The position numbers and the translations under genes are program-made. A stretch of 64,000 nucleotides of DNA. It comes from Tricharina praecox. Its lineage: Eukaryota. Location of the stretch: contig NW_026250417.1 of NCBI RefSeq assembly GCF_024521635.1, positions 558,001-622,000 of the forward strand, written 5' to 3'. Below the pieces are notes generated by a model, which did not search any database, was not told where the DNA came from, and was given only the letters and a program-made list of their open reading frames with translations. Shown piece by piece: positions 1-12,200 of this stretch (position 1 is its first letter; every line of letters starts with the position of its first letter).

Positions 1-1585
1 AATCCATTTCACCAGTATGGCAGTATCAGCTAGTAGGTATTCCAGCGGCGGCGACGAGCTGCAGTGACTAATCCCGCCCCCACATATTGGATGCATTAGC
101 TACTCCAGATCCTCGTGGAAATCGACAGATTCTTGCAATTTGCAGAGGGGTTATGTCGGTTTGTCGATTTGTCGATTTGAGTGCCGCAGGTAACCATATA
201 AAGCAGGGATGGGCGAATGAGGTGAGTGGCGGGGGGGAGGGAAACAGGGCGGAGGTGGAGGCAGGAGATCTGTGGGGGTGGGCACTGCGAGGATCTACAT
301 ACCTACAGTACAGTACAGTACGGTACAGCTCCATGTGACCAGCCGCGAAGTTCGAGTTACACTTTCCTGCTGCCTGCTGCCGGCTGCGGCGTGGGGAGGG
401 AGGGCCGGGTGGAGTGGCCGCTGGGTGGAGGGCGGGGGATTGGCATTGGGGAATTGGCGGATTGGTGAGGGCGGGAGGGCGGGGATGCAGATGGGTGGAG
501 GGGTGGAGGGTCGGTATACCTAAGCGCACCAATGTCTCACTGGCCGTCCGTTGTTTCTCTCTATCCCAATCCACAGACAGCTTCAATGAAGCGAGTCCTT
601 CCCCCGCCCCCACCGCTGGAGAGTCGTAGGTAGTCATACATACATGCATGGGGGATCACTCGACCCCAGCCAATGGATACGCAGCGCTTATTATCTGATC
701 TCGCTTACGTCCCTACCTCCCTCCCTCCCTCCCTTGCTCCTTGCTCTTGCTCTTGCTTGCTTCGCTGGCATAAGTTTGCGCTCTCTCGCTCGCTGGATGG
801 GAAGGGATGGATGGAATGGATGTGGATGGATGGAATGGATGGATGGATGGATGGCAGGATGCGATGGTTTTTTTCCCCCAATGTCAACGTGGATGCGCGT
901 GGATGCGAATTTGCTGTTCGAGCTCGTTGTTCGAGTTCGTTGTTCTGTTTCTTGCGTTGTTTGGCTGGCGTTGGTGTTGGTGTTGGTGGGACGGACACGT
1001 GTAGAGTAGGTAGGTTATGTAGGGACGTGTTGTCAGAGGCTGACATGACAGATGGCTCGGGGATTGAAGCTAGAGTATATACTACCTAGTGGAGTTGCGA
1101 GAGGAGGGTTGACGAGAGGAGGGTTGGCGAAGAGGAGGGTTGGCGAAGAGAAAAAAGCAAATGTACATATGGTATTATGTTTCCTCGTTTTTTTTGTTGT
1201 TGTGTGGGTTTCGATGGCATATGCCTTCAGTGCCCGCCCGTGATGTTTTGTTTTTATCCCATGGCATGGAGAGAAGGGAGGACGCAGGCAGGCAGGACGG
1301 CAGACGGCGGAATAGGCCTCGCCCTTTTTTTGTGGTATCGAATTGGCGATGTACATAAAGCCACACATAGCTGTGGTACATATCCGCATCCCTGCTGCGC
1401 GTGCGGAGTGCGGGGGAAGCTTTGCTCTATATACTACTATACTTCGTACCTAAATCGTCATCCAGCATAAGTGTGGATGGTGTGGGTGGGTGGGTAGACG
1501 CATGCATCCTGCACTGGCAATTTGGCGGCCGGCGTTGAAGACTGGCGAGCTTGAGCTTGAAGAGCCGCCATGGAATGGATATGCG

Positions 1586-1683
1586 AGGAGAGGAGGGCAG
1601 AGGAGGGCAGAGGAGGGCAGAGGAGGGCAGAGGAGGGCAGAGGAGAAGAGAAGAGAAGAGAAGAGAGGAGAGGAGAGGAGAGG
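1586..1683. repeat. Compound purine repeat (AGGAGGGCAG)n-(AGAAG)n-(AGAGG)n
   Basis: Read directly. Confidence 0.9.
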
Positions 1684-3315
1684 TCTGGAGATGAGGGAAG
1701 GGAATGGATGGAAACGGAGAGGAATAGAATGTTGATATTGTGCTGAGATGAATCATGTGGTAAAGTACCAATAAGAGGCGAGATTGGGGCCAGAGGTCCG
1801 GTGCTTCAATTTCAGTGTAAGTAGAATGCACTCTACGAGTAGAAGTGTTCGAGATCACCTACATGAGTAGTCCACGAGCGTGTATTCTTCGGCCGACTGG
1901 CGCCGAATAGTTGAATGAAGCCGCGCGGGACTCGGATAGCTGATGGTCTCTGTCGGAGGCTCTGGCGACGATTGGATCCGAGCCTGAACTTTAAACTCCT
2001 CAAGATGTTCCTAGAATTATCGTTCCGACTGCTGGATGCCCCAATCCATGGTGGGGAGGTCGAACCGGATTTCTGATGCATTTGGCGCGGAATCCGAGAA
2101 CCCAAAACCCCTACTGGTGATGTGGACTTCGAACCTTAACGTTCCCGTGATGCATATGGACGGAAGTCTGTGGTCGTTCATTGCTACCGAGCCACCGAAG
2201 TGTCCGGCGTGGTGAGGAAGCCGACGAAGTGACAGAACAATAGAATAGGGTCAATTCAATATCAAAGCTCTCGTCTTGCAGAGAATGATCGTGGAGTAAA
2301 CCAGAGTGATGCGACAAGTCGGAGAACACTATTTTTCCTCACGTGTTTCGCTTTTGAGGGCACCTCCCCTGGCAACCTCCTGCGTGCTAGCTCCTTTTTA
2401 GTGTGCCTCCCTCACCTGCGAGCCCAGAACGCCCAGGGAGTACTACTACAAACTACCACCGCCGCCCACCCCCCCACTACGTACTGCTAACCACAACCAC
2501 CATCACTTCCACTACTTTCCTCCTCATCCCCCGACCGACATCGATAGCAACGACAACGACAGCACCGACTCGTCAGTGCTTTGCTGTCCTCGCGAGCCCA
2601 CGAACTTCGGTCTTCGTCGTAGCCTACCGCAGCATCCAGAGGATCGACGACCATCACTTACGCTCTTCGAGAGAATCGTCGGTACACGCTTTTGGTAGAG
2701 CTGTTGCTCGGAAATAGAACGGAAAATCAGACAGTAACAACTAGAACAAAGGTCTGTAACCGATATCTGTTCCTTCCTTGCGCACGACACGCGTACTCGT
2801 GAGAGATGAGAGCATGAGAGCGGGAGAGACTTCAGCTGTGGCTGGCCGGCCGTTCGGCTGTTCCCTCCCCACGAGGGCGAGAGTGAGGGACGCAGGGCGG
2901 GCTTGCATTCACTCCACCCTTCCTCTCTCCATCTTTGATGCAATCATTTGTTGAGCGAGTGCTTCATGCACGCATGCACTCACCCATACGACACGCACAA
3001 TCACACTGCCTAAGAACATACCGGAATTCAGTTGCCGGGGTTTCTTTTTTGTTTCGTTGCCGCCAGAGCTGAAACTAACCGAGACATACTTCCAGCTTCG
3101 ACTCTCCCAACCTTCCAACGAAACACGCCTTACCCTTTGCTTCCTCGCTACGACTTTAAGAATCGCCCCACTTCCGTAATTCATCGCTGCAAACTTGACG
3201 AATACCCCATACAACGTACGAAGCTCGCCCACAGCTCGATACGAACTTCACCTTCCTCGGCCGAGCTCTGTTTACCACTTGATAGTGCTTTTAGAACGGT
3301 CTTTCCGAGACTTGG

Positions 3316-6300
3316 ATGGACAAAATGAACAACCCGTATGGTCGTGCCTCGGCTTCCCCGAAACAGTCACAGTCTACATCATCGGTGGCGACCAAAAAGA
3401 GATCATCGTCGTCGATTCGACGGGATGATGCCGATGCCGGAGGAGGCGGTGTGGGTGTTGAGGGTTGGGTGGATGACAACAATGATGCCAACAGGAAACG
3501 CTCCATTATCAAACGGAATTCAAAGAGCCAGGTTAATGCGGACGGAATGCGGATAATGCCCAAGCCGGAAAGGGACCCCAGGGACGCCCTGATCGCCGAC
3601 TTGAAGACGGATCTGGAAAAGTTGCGGAAAATCTGCACTTGTGTCATTTGTCAGGACCTGCTGTTCGAACCCTATTTCTTCCAGTGTGGCCATGTTTATT
3701 GCTACGGGGTAGGTTTTGTGTGTTCGCATAAGCTGGCCGGGACATATGCTAACATGGCCCAGTGTATCGTATCATGGGTTGCCCAGGCAAAATCTAAGAA
3801 GCAGAGATTCTGTCCGCAGTGTAGAATGGCGGTTGCAACGGAGCCGGCGCCAGCGTATATGGTTCGTTTTTTCTTTCTTCTTCTTGGGCCTCATCGGATG
3901 AGCACCGGCAACTGATTGCATTTCAGGTTCGAGACATGATTGAAACGTTCGTTCATCGAGAGGAGTTATTCTCACCGTCATCCGGACTGGAGTTACGGAA
4001 GCAACAGAAAGAAATGCAGCACCAAATAAGAAGCGACAGGGCTCCCGGCGGCCCGGGACTTTTCAGAGGAATATTCACAAATGCAATCCTATATGGCATC
4101 CGGGATCCAGAAGACGATGTTATCCGGTGCCCTCGCTGTATGTGGGAGGTGCATGGCAGTCGATGCGCAAATCCGGATTGCGGGGCGAGGGTTCACCAGC
4201 GCAGAGATGGTCACGAGCTCGAGGACAGCGAATCGGGAAGCGACACTGAGGAAGGCAGTGAGCCGGAAACAGATGGCGGTATTGGAGCTCCCGATAGGTG
4301 GCCCGAAAGCATCGTTGGCGAAGAGGATGACTGGGAGGATGCTGGAGAGGACGATGACGATGACGGTTTTGATGATATTGATGACGTGTCGGATCGGCGG
4401 CGATTCGCGCCATATGGAGGACCGGAGACTCGTTTCTTCGGACAGAATCAGCGGCGAATCGGCAACAGCCAAGAAGCGGAAGACACTGATGAGGATGAAG
4501 ATGAAGATTCCGACGGTACTGTGGGAAGTTTAGCGGATTTCATCGATGATGAAAGCCCGCAGGTGTCGCGTAGGGTTCCTGGGCGAGGTGGTCCTTGGGC
4601 CTTAACTTCGTCCCCTGCTCAGGCATCGTCACCGGCTCGGGCATCAATTACCGCAGCCCGGAGACAAAATGCGCGGCCAATCATCGTTGATGACGATGAC
4701 GATGACGCGCAATCTTCGTTTTCCGAAGCGTCTTCAAGACCAGCGGTCGGTACCAGGCGGAACAACCGCTACCAGAACACACGCCATATCTCGCTCTCAA
4801 GTGACTATGATGACGACGAGCAGAGCTTGCTGGAATCGAATGGATATCAGGCTCTTTTGGGCAACCAGACTGATCACACTGCTACTGAGGACGAAGACGA
4901 TGGATTCTCGAGCCCGCCCATCCGGTCGATGGTGGGAAGACGGAATGGCGTTGGAAGAGGCAGCGGTCCTGGCAGCGTGTTTAGTGTTCCCGAGGAGGAT
5001 GAATTCGGTGATGCGGACGAAAGTGAGGATCAAGATGGCGATGTCGTGATGACCGGAAGCCAACAGAACAGAAACACTGGGACTGCGGCTAGACAGCAAG
5101 CTAGGCGGAGCAATTCCGGTCAGACTTGGAGTCAGCCCGTCGAGGTGGATTCGGCCAGTGAGTCCGAGGTGGCTGCTAGTCGTCGCCGTAGAAGAACGCC
5201 CACCCAGCAGGCATCACAAGCGGCACGCAACAATTACTTCTCCAATCACCAGAGAAACGGAAATGGAAATGGAGGTTCTCGGAACAGGAATAACCGGCCG
5301 AACATGGAAGTGGATCCCAGTATTTTTGGCCTCTTCTCCCAACACGGCCAACAGCTCCGGGAGACCCAGTTTAACGCTCTCGGTCGCAATTCATCTTCGG
5401 TTTCCCCGGCAAGGTCTATGACGCCCGTTCAACGCCCAGGATCGGGTCGCCGTAGCAGTGCTGCAAACAGAGGAGGAACGCCCTTGTCGCCGCTTCGGGC
5501 AATGCACGATGCGACAATGATCTCCTCTTCTATGCAAGCCTCGCCAAATTCCACACCTCAGCGACAGGCACCCTCGTCCATTCCCGGCACATCCAGCCCA
5601 GCCCAAATCACCCCCGGAAACAACAATCCGTGGCAGCGCGGCCTATCACTTTCTCCGCGACAGGGAGGCGTCAGTTATGGTCACAGCATCTTCTCGCAAC
5701 TCCAGCCTCGGCGAATCAGCAGTCCTGCTGTCAGAGTCCGTTCCAGGACGTCGAATAGGGAACTTCGATCCGGATCAGGCTCACGTATGGGGATGCGCAA
5801 TAACTCCAATACACCCACCTCCCCACATGCGCAATCGTCGTCGTTCGCCGGTGGTACATCGATAGCAGGCTTACAAGGCAGAGTTCCGCCTCCGCCGCCG
5901 ACACAGCAGCCACAGCACAACCAGCCAACGGTGCAGCAACGGCAGCAACTGCAACAAATGCAACAGCAGCAGATACTACAACGTCAGCGTCAACAGCAGA
6001 TCGACCAGCAGATCCAGCATCAGATCCAGCAGTCGCAGTCGCAGCAGTCGCAGCAGTCGCAGCAGTCGCAGCAATCGCCGCATCAATCACCACAGCAACG
6101 TCACCAGCAACTCCACCAGCAGCAGCAGCAACGCCAACGCCAACCTCTATCGGCTCCTCCGCAGATTCCACCCAGACCAGGGCCAGATGGCCCGAATCGG
6201 GGCGTGACACCGGAAGACATCAGGGCACGAGGCGAGCTGATCAGGCAACAGCAGCTCAGGATGATTAATGGAGGCGGACCGCTGCGGCCAAGTTCTGGAG

Positions 6301-6482
6301 AGGGAACCAATGGTGGTGGAAACGGAAGCAATGGCTCGTCACCGAGCAATGCTGGGGCGGACATGTCCGACAACCACCGACGAGGAGGCAGGCTGGGCGC
6401 ATTGATCGGGGGCGGGCCGGCGGATCAGAGGGGAGGAGGTCCAATGTTGGTCGTGGGACGGGATGATGACCACACATTCTAA
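3316..6482 (+). CDS. C3HC4 RING-finger E3 ubiquitin ligase, Psh1-like, about 1015 aa; exons 3316-3708, 3763-3861, 3927-6482
   Basis: Splicing GTAGGT..GCTAAC..CAG (3709-3762) and GTTCGT..CAG (3862-3926) restores the RING CVIC..CGHVYCYGC..CPQC. A second Cys cluster RCPRCMWE..C..DC, acidic tracts and a Q-rich C-terminus follow. The architecture resembles yeast Psh1 (family call from memory). Confidence 0.88.
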
Positions 6483-6905
6483 GTAAACGAGGGCTATTTT
6501 TGGGGGGCCATGCGGATTGACAATGGCAGTATGAGATGATCATTTCTATTTTTTTTTGATGTTCGGGGACTTGGGTTGGTTGCATTTAGCGGTCTGGTTT
6601 TTTTGCTTTGCTTTCGGTATACTCGACTTGGGGGGAATGATGAGAAATGCCCATACGCTACTTACTTAGCTACGACAGAACGCTTTGCTATCACTACTAG
6701 GATGGAATTGGAATGTAAATTGAAATTGGGTGGTTACTTCTTAGGTGATTATTTTATTCAGGCCCGTGTCCATGATACCGTACCGGTGATATAAGTATCA
6801 GCCTTCAGGTAGGCAGACCTCATTCGAATACAATCCAGGGAGTAAACCTCCAGCCTCCGGGTCTACCGCTGAGGAGCAAACCCCCGGCCTCCCGGCCTAC
6901 CACGA

Positions 6906-7455
6906 CTACCACCAAGCAGAAGCCTTCCGCTTCTCCTCCTTCCTCTCCTCAGTCCACCGTTTCTTACAATCCCTATAAGCCCTACCGCGTTCCATCCCTA
7001 TCAGCCACTCCTACCCAACACACAACCCACCCCCCACCCCACCCACCCGCCAAGCAAGTAAGCAAGCACAACTCACTGGAAATAGTCCGAGCAAAACTCC
7101 TTGTCCCCCTTGTTGCGGTGTAAGCACTTCAGGCTCCGCTCCGCCGCCGCCTGGCACGGGTCGAAGTACTCGCTTCGCTGCTTGCTGGGTTGTGTCAGCG
7201 GGGGGCGACGGTAGCTGGAGTAAGAGGGGCGGGGGGATGACGGGGGGGGAGGGGGGAGGGGACCGGGGACGGGGGACTGGGGGATTGAAGGGACCTTTGG
7301 AAGCGCTCGCGCCCTCGCGCGTATTCTGTGGGAGCACTGGAGCTGGCGGGGTCGGCGCCCGGCTGCGAGGGGGTGGGGTGCGGAGGCGGCGGCGGTGGGG
7401 TGGGCGTGGATGTGGATGTGGATGTGGGTGTGGGTGTGGATGTGGAGGTGGACAT
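6906..7455 (-). CDS. COX23: Cytochrome c oxidase assembly factor Cox23 (twin CX9C), 114 aa; exons 7455-7295, 7184-7077, 6981-6906
   Basis: Spliced product ends ...ERFQSKQRSEYFDPCQAAAERSLKCLHRNKGDKEFCSDYFQAYRDCKKRWTEERKEEKRKASAWW*, with twin CX9C spacing and the Cox23-type YFDPC and DYFQAYRDCKK motifs. Introns are GTCCCT..GCTGAC..CAG and GTGAGT..GCTGAT..TAG. Confidence 0.92.
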
Positions 7456-9070
7456 AGTGGCGGCGGCGGCGGCGGGGGTGGTAGTGGTGGAGGTGGAGGT
7501 GGTCGTGGTCGTGGCGGCGGTGGTGGTGGTGGTGAACGTGGGGCAGTGGACGTGGACTGGATCGTGGATTGTGGACGTGGGGCGTGAGCGGTGGCGGGGA
7601 TGCGAGCTGCAGCCCGCGGGTCGAGGGTGCTGCTCTACGCGTGTGTCACGTGATATCGGCCCGGTGCTCCGTTCATGCCGACTACCGGTAGTTACGGGAT
7701 GGCTGGGGGGGGGGGCATGCTTGGCTAACTGCTCTACTCCGTGGGCCGGGGGCCGGCATAGTGCGTCGGTGGGTCGGTCGGCGGAGGGGAGGATGGCCGG
7801 CTGTGTGCCCGTGCCCGAGCTGGTTTAGAGCTTCTCACTTGTTTGACCACCGCGTGAATGGACGCTGTCACACCGTTGCTGCTAACGATTACGAGAGGAA
7901 ACTAACCGCGGACTGAAAGAGAGAACATAAGAAGTAGTTACAACTCATTCGCAACCGTGTTGATCGGTCGGACGAGCACAAAATCTGGCGTGGAGACGGA
8001 TTTATAGTTTCACTGATCGGAATAATACCGGTAGTAAGGTACGGTAGTGCAGTATATCCGGCAGTGCGATATTTCTTCCGGGGTATGATCTACTCGGAAG
8101 ATATGATTCCATTTAGTATATTACTGCTTCTGGGAGAGAGACAGAGAGTACTTGCCGCTTAGTATATGGTAGTTGTGTACCGCCGGAAATTGGAATTGCT
8201 GATAGTTCCACGATGTGGAGCACTTGTTAAGGGCAGTGGAGGTTCAGGTCACCGGATGTCACGCAGTGTTTATACTCCCGGGTTGCGGATCCGAAAGTGC
8301 ACAGATAGTTCCATCGCTCCTGACTCCCGAGTTGTCGCCGCCGGTAGCGCATCTCCGCGATATTCGGCTTTCCCATACTTAGTATTGCGCCCAGGCTCCA
8401 ACTCGCAGCAATTCGGCACATAGTTGTACCTATGCCGTAGTCACTGGGTGACCGCGTTCTTTCGGATTAGAAATCCCGTACACAACCTGGAATAGTCGGT
8501 TCGTTTGTTCTATCCCATAGACCGTAAGTTTAAACTTCGAGTTCCAAAATGACTAAGCAAACCTACTCAACCCGGTAGGTATATCTCGAAAAGTAGGCCA
8601 TAAGTCCAGAGAACTTGCGGAGATTGAAACTTGCTCTTCTACCTCCTGGCTACAATATGGTGAGACCTGGAAGTCTCTACCCTTATGTTGGGTTTGTAAA
8701 CGAGACGAGATATGTGAGAGGGACTCTCGCGATCCGGCGAGCCAGAATTGCAGACAAAACCCTGGTTGGTTCAGCAGAACCGTTTCCTACATCATGGAAA
8801 CTCCGGAGAGCAAAGATAGATATGGTATACCTAGTAGAAGCCATCCAGCATCACCAGCTCCTCAAACGACAAAGCACGGATGGACAAAACGCAGTGACAT
8901 GGGATCTCACTCGCTAGCAACCCGACATTCACACAAATCACACCTCCGTCGTCCTAAATAAGTCCCAACCATCCGGAATTCACCCATTTGGCCCGCGACA
9001 TTGCAAAATTGCGATTAAGGCACCACATCGCTGGCGTCATTCCTGCAGGAGGCAGTAGAACCATTCTAGG

Positions 9071-9211
9071 TACTATAGTGAACAGGGGGTAGAAAATACG
9101 CTTTTTCCGTATCAGTACGGTCAAAATACGTGTTTTTATGCCTCGATACGATAGCAATATGCGTCCTGCGGGAAACAACGTATTTTTCAACCCCCCTTTG
9201 ACTATACAGTA
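9071..9211. mobile_element. MITE, longer and diverged, inverted relative to 39179-39268
   Basis: Ends TACTATAGTGAACAGGGGGTAGAAAATACG and CGTATTTTTCAACCCCCCTTTGACTATACAGTA. The internal CCGTATCAGTACGGTCAAAA is, with one mismatch, the reverse complement of the 39212-39231 core. Confidence 0.75.
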
Positions 9212-12200
9212 CGTATCGTTATGCTTGGCTACATACTGACTACCACATTTTTATACGTTGTGGGAAAAGGAGTGACTGTATCCCGGATACACGTATTTAT
9301 CGATATGGTACCCAATATTGTTTTCTTCGATACACGTAGGTGTATGGTTGTGCTTAATCGCCATGTGTATTACATCGTATATCCTTCAATAATACGTTGC
9401 ACTTTCTCTGATACCATTTCTCCCTGATGTATAGTACACCTGCAATACATAGTCAAAACCTACGTATCGGATTATCTCTGTCATAGCGCCTGCATAGCGG
9501 TACCATATCTCGGCCAGACACGCAGTAATCCGGGATATTGTAGTGCTATAGTAGTAGTGCTACCACATTTTTTTTTTACCCCCTTCATTATACAGCACTC
9601 GTATTCTTCGCAAAATTCAATGCTTTTAGATGTCCGCATTTTCATTGTTCCATAGTTACCGCTGATAGTTCCATAAAACCTTCAATGTTACTCCGGAAGG
9701 TAGCCTACATATCATAAAACCTCTCTTTGCTACCGTAGTCTCGATGGCATACCTAGACCGCCGGACAAAAATCAGCCCCATCTTGAGAAACGTGAAAATA
9801 TCGATATTTGCGCCCAACCCCAATGATCGCGCAGGGTCTGGGGGATGCCGCTACGTCACAGCAATTTCAACTTTCAAGAGCGGCTGCATCGTATCGTATG
9901 AACTCTATGGGTTGAGGGCAATATTTCATGTATGATGTGGTGGTGGTGGGCCAGTATCGTCGTGGAAATCTGTGAACACTGAAAATCACGTGAATTTGCA
10001 CCTTGGGGTGGAAAGTGTACCTTAAACCAGCATCAGTCAATGGATCAAATGTTATATCTATTATCTATATCCAAAGAAAGTATCAGCCTCAAGCGGGCCA
10101 AAATCTTCCTTGTTGAATTTGGGTGGACCATGGGTGTCTCGGCATTGGCAGTGGATAGGCTAGCACTTTTGACTCTTGAGGTGATTTCGGAACTCCAGGC
10201 TTCTCCAGCGCGCTACTTTCCGGTTGATGGGATAACCAACACCAAACACCAAACACGGTATGTAGCAGTGGGCCGAGTTTGAACTTTGAACATTGATAAC
10301 AGATAGCGAATTCCGAATTTCCGACTGATCGGAAACTCCAAACTTCGAACCAGGGACGTCACGTCGTCATCCGCGTCCGATTCCGCGTCTGATTCTGATT
10401 CCGTTAGCCGCCACGGGCGGAAGTTCCGTCCGGTATGTAAGCCGTCTCCACAGGACCACAGCTGATAACCAACCGAGGACGGCGGGCAAGATGTAAGTAA
10501 ATCGGCCAGGTTATGTAAAGCCAATCCGCCGATTAGGCCGATTACCCAACTGTATGGCCGATTGGCTCACCCGAAGCGCCGGATTAACTATCGAGCAGTC
10601 AGTGAGGAAAGACGGCCCGCCGGGGGCTAGACATGGTTCGGGCGGCTACGGGGGCTACGGGGGCTACGGGGGCTACGGGGGCTACGAGGGGCGTGGTAGG
10701 GTAGGGCTGGGCTGGGATATAAGTGCCCGTCGGGACCCTATGTAGGGGAGGGCTGTATGTACCATGGAACAAGGCAAGGCTTGAAATTATAATTGAATTG
10801 CGGAGCGAAGTCGTATGTATTTATTCTTAGTCTCGAGTCTCGACGGAGCTCGAAAAGTAACCTCTTTACTATCGCTAACCCGATCTCCTGTTCTAGTTGT
10901 CGGCGCTCCGAGGCACGCGAAAACTTGATTGGATTATTGGTATGGATATATCACCAGATGAACTTGGAAGAACCAGAAGAAAGGACGCTCGCAGAGTCGC
11001 AGCGATGGCGAGGTCTCGAATCTCGATGTGGCTTGAGGGATGTGGTGTCCTGTGTATACCGTATATGTCTATCGTAGGCACGAGTAACGGCCCGTCTAGC
11101 ATAGTAGCACTTGTACATACGGCCGGCGTGAGCAGCGCCCTGGGGGCCTGGAAGCCCGAAGGCTGATCCACAACGTGGAAGATGTCCGGTACCTATCCGA
11201 TTCCAGGGCCACAGAGTGGATTCGATTTCCCGCCACTAACCAGCATACAGATGGGTATGCAGGTGCAGTACTGCAGTGCTCTCGTGGCGTACCGGCTACT
11301 AGTAGACAATCCCTCCCCTTCTCCCGTGTTGCTCCGGCCGGTGGGTGGGTGGGTTGGACAGAGCCAAGCAGAGTGACGTTTCGTGACGAGCTATCTATCT
11401 CCCAGCCCAGTAGCGGATATCGGCTCCAAGTATCATACGTACATACGTAAGTATCTGTACGAACGAAACGCAGCACAAGGCCTCCGATGATTGATCCGTC
11501 ACCCCACATCCGTCCAGGATGTATACCTAGATGTCCGCGGTTGGGGGGTGGGGGGGGATCCGGAACCCATGGGCGAATCCCTCCCCTCTCAGTCCATGGT
11601 TGCGTGGACATGTAGGTAGTTAGGTAGTGTAGGTAGTTTACTACTGCCCTCCAAAGTACTAGTACCGGGGAACCGATACTATACAGTAGGTAACGTATAG
11701 CCTCCACATGTTCCACTGTTCCACATGTTCCACTATTCCACATGTTCGCCTGCGTGGTGGTGGTGGTGGTGGTGGTGGTGGTGGTGTATGTGGCTCAGAT
11801 ATATCGCCACATCCCGTAGGATTCGAGAAGAGCGTACATAGCTGCGTGGGCTTAGGGTGGAGTATGTAGGAGCTGTGTCCGGATTCCGCCCTGCAGAACC
11901 CGTAGGGTAGAGTAGATCGATCATCGCCGCCCCACTGTCCCAGTGGCCCCACCCTCACTGGCCTGTGGCATGTATTTATGTATGTATGAGATGTATGTGT
12001 GTATTATGGCCGTGTCTCAAGCCGCGTGGGATGTGGGGTGTTGGGTGTGGGCCGATACCGGCGGGAATTCCGCGCAAGGGCACATGTGAAATGCATATCA
12101 ACTGCTTTTTTTTGTTTTTTTTGGGATGGCATCTACCACCCTTCCGGCCTCCTTCCAGAAGGATTGGGACCGTAATCGGCATCTTTGTCCACCCCGCCGG

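Noticed and set aside
68..2330. Minus-strand ORFs and exon-like segments at the window start
   Set aside because: No recognisable domain, with in-frame stops; possibly UTR or promoter of an off-window gene.
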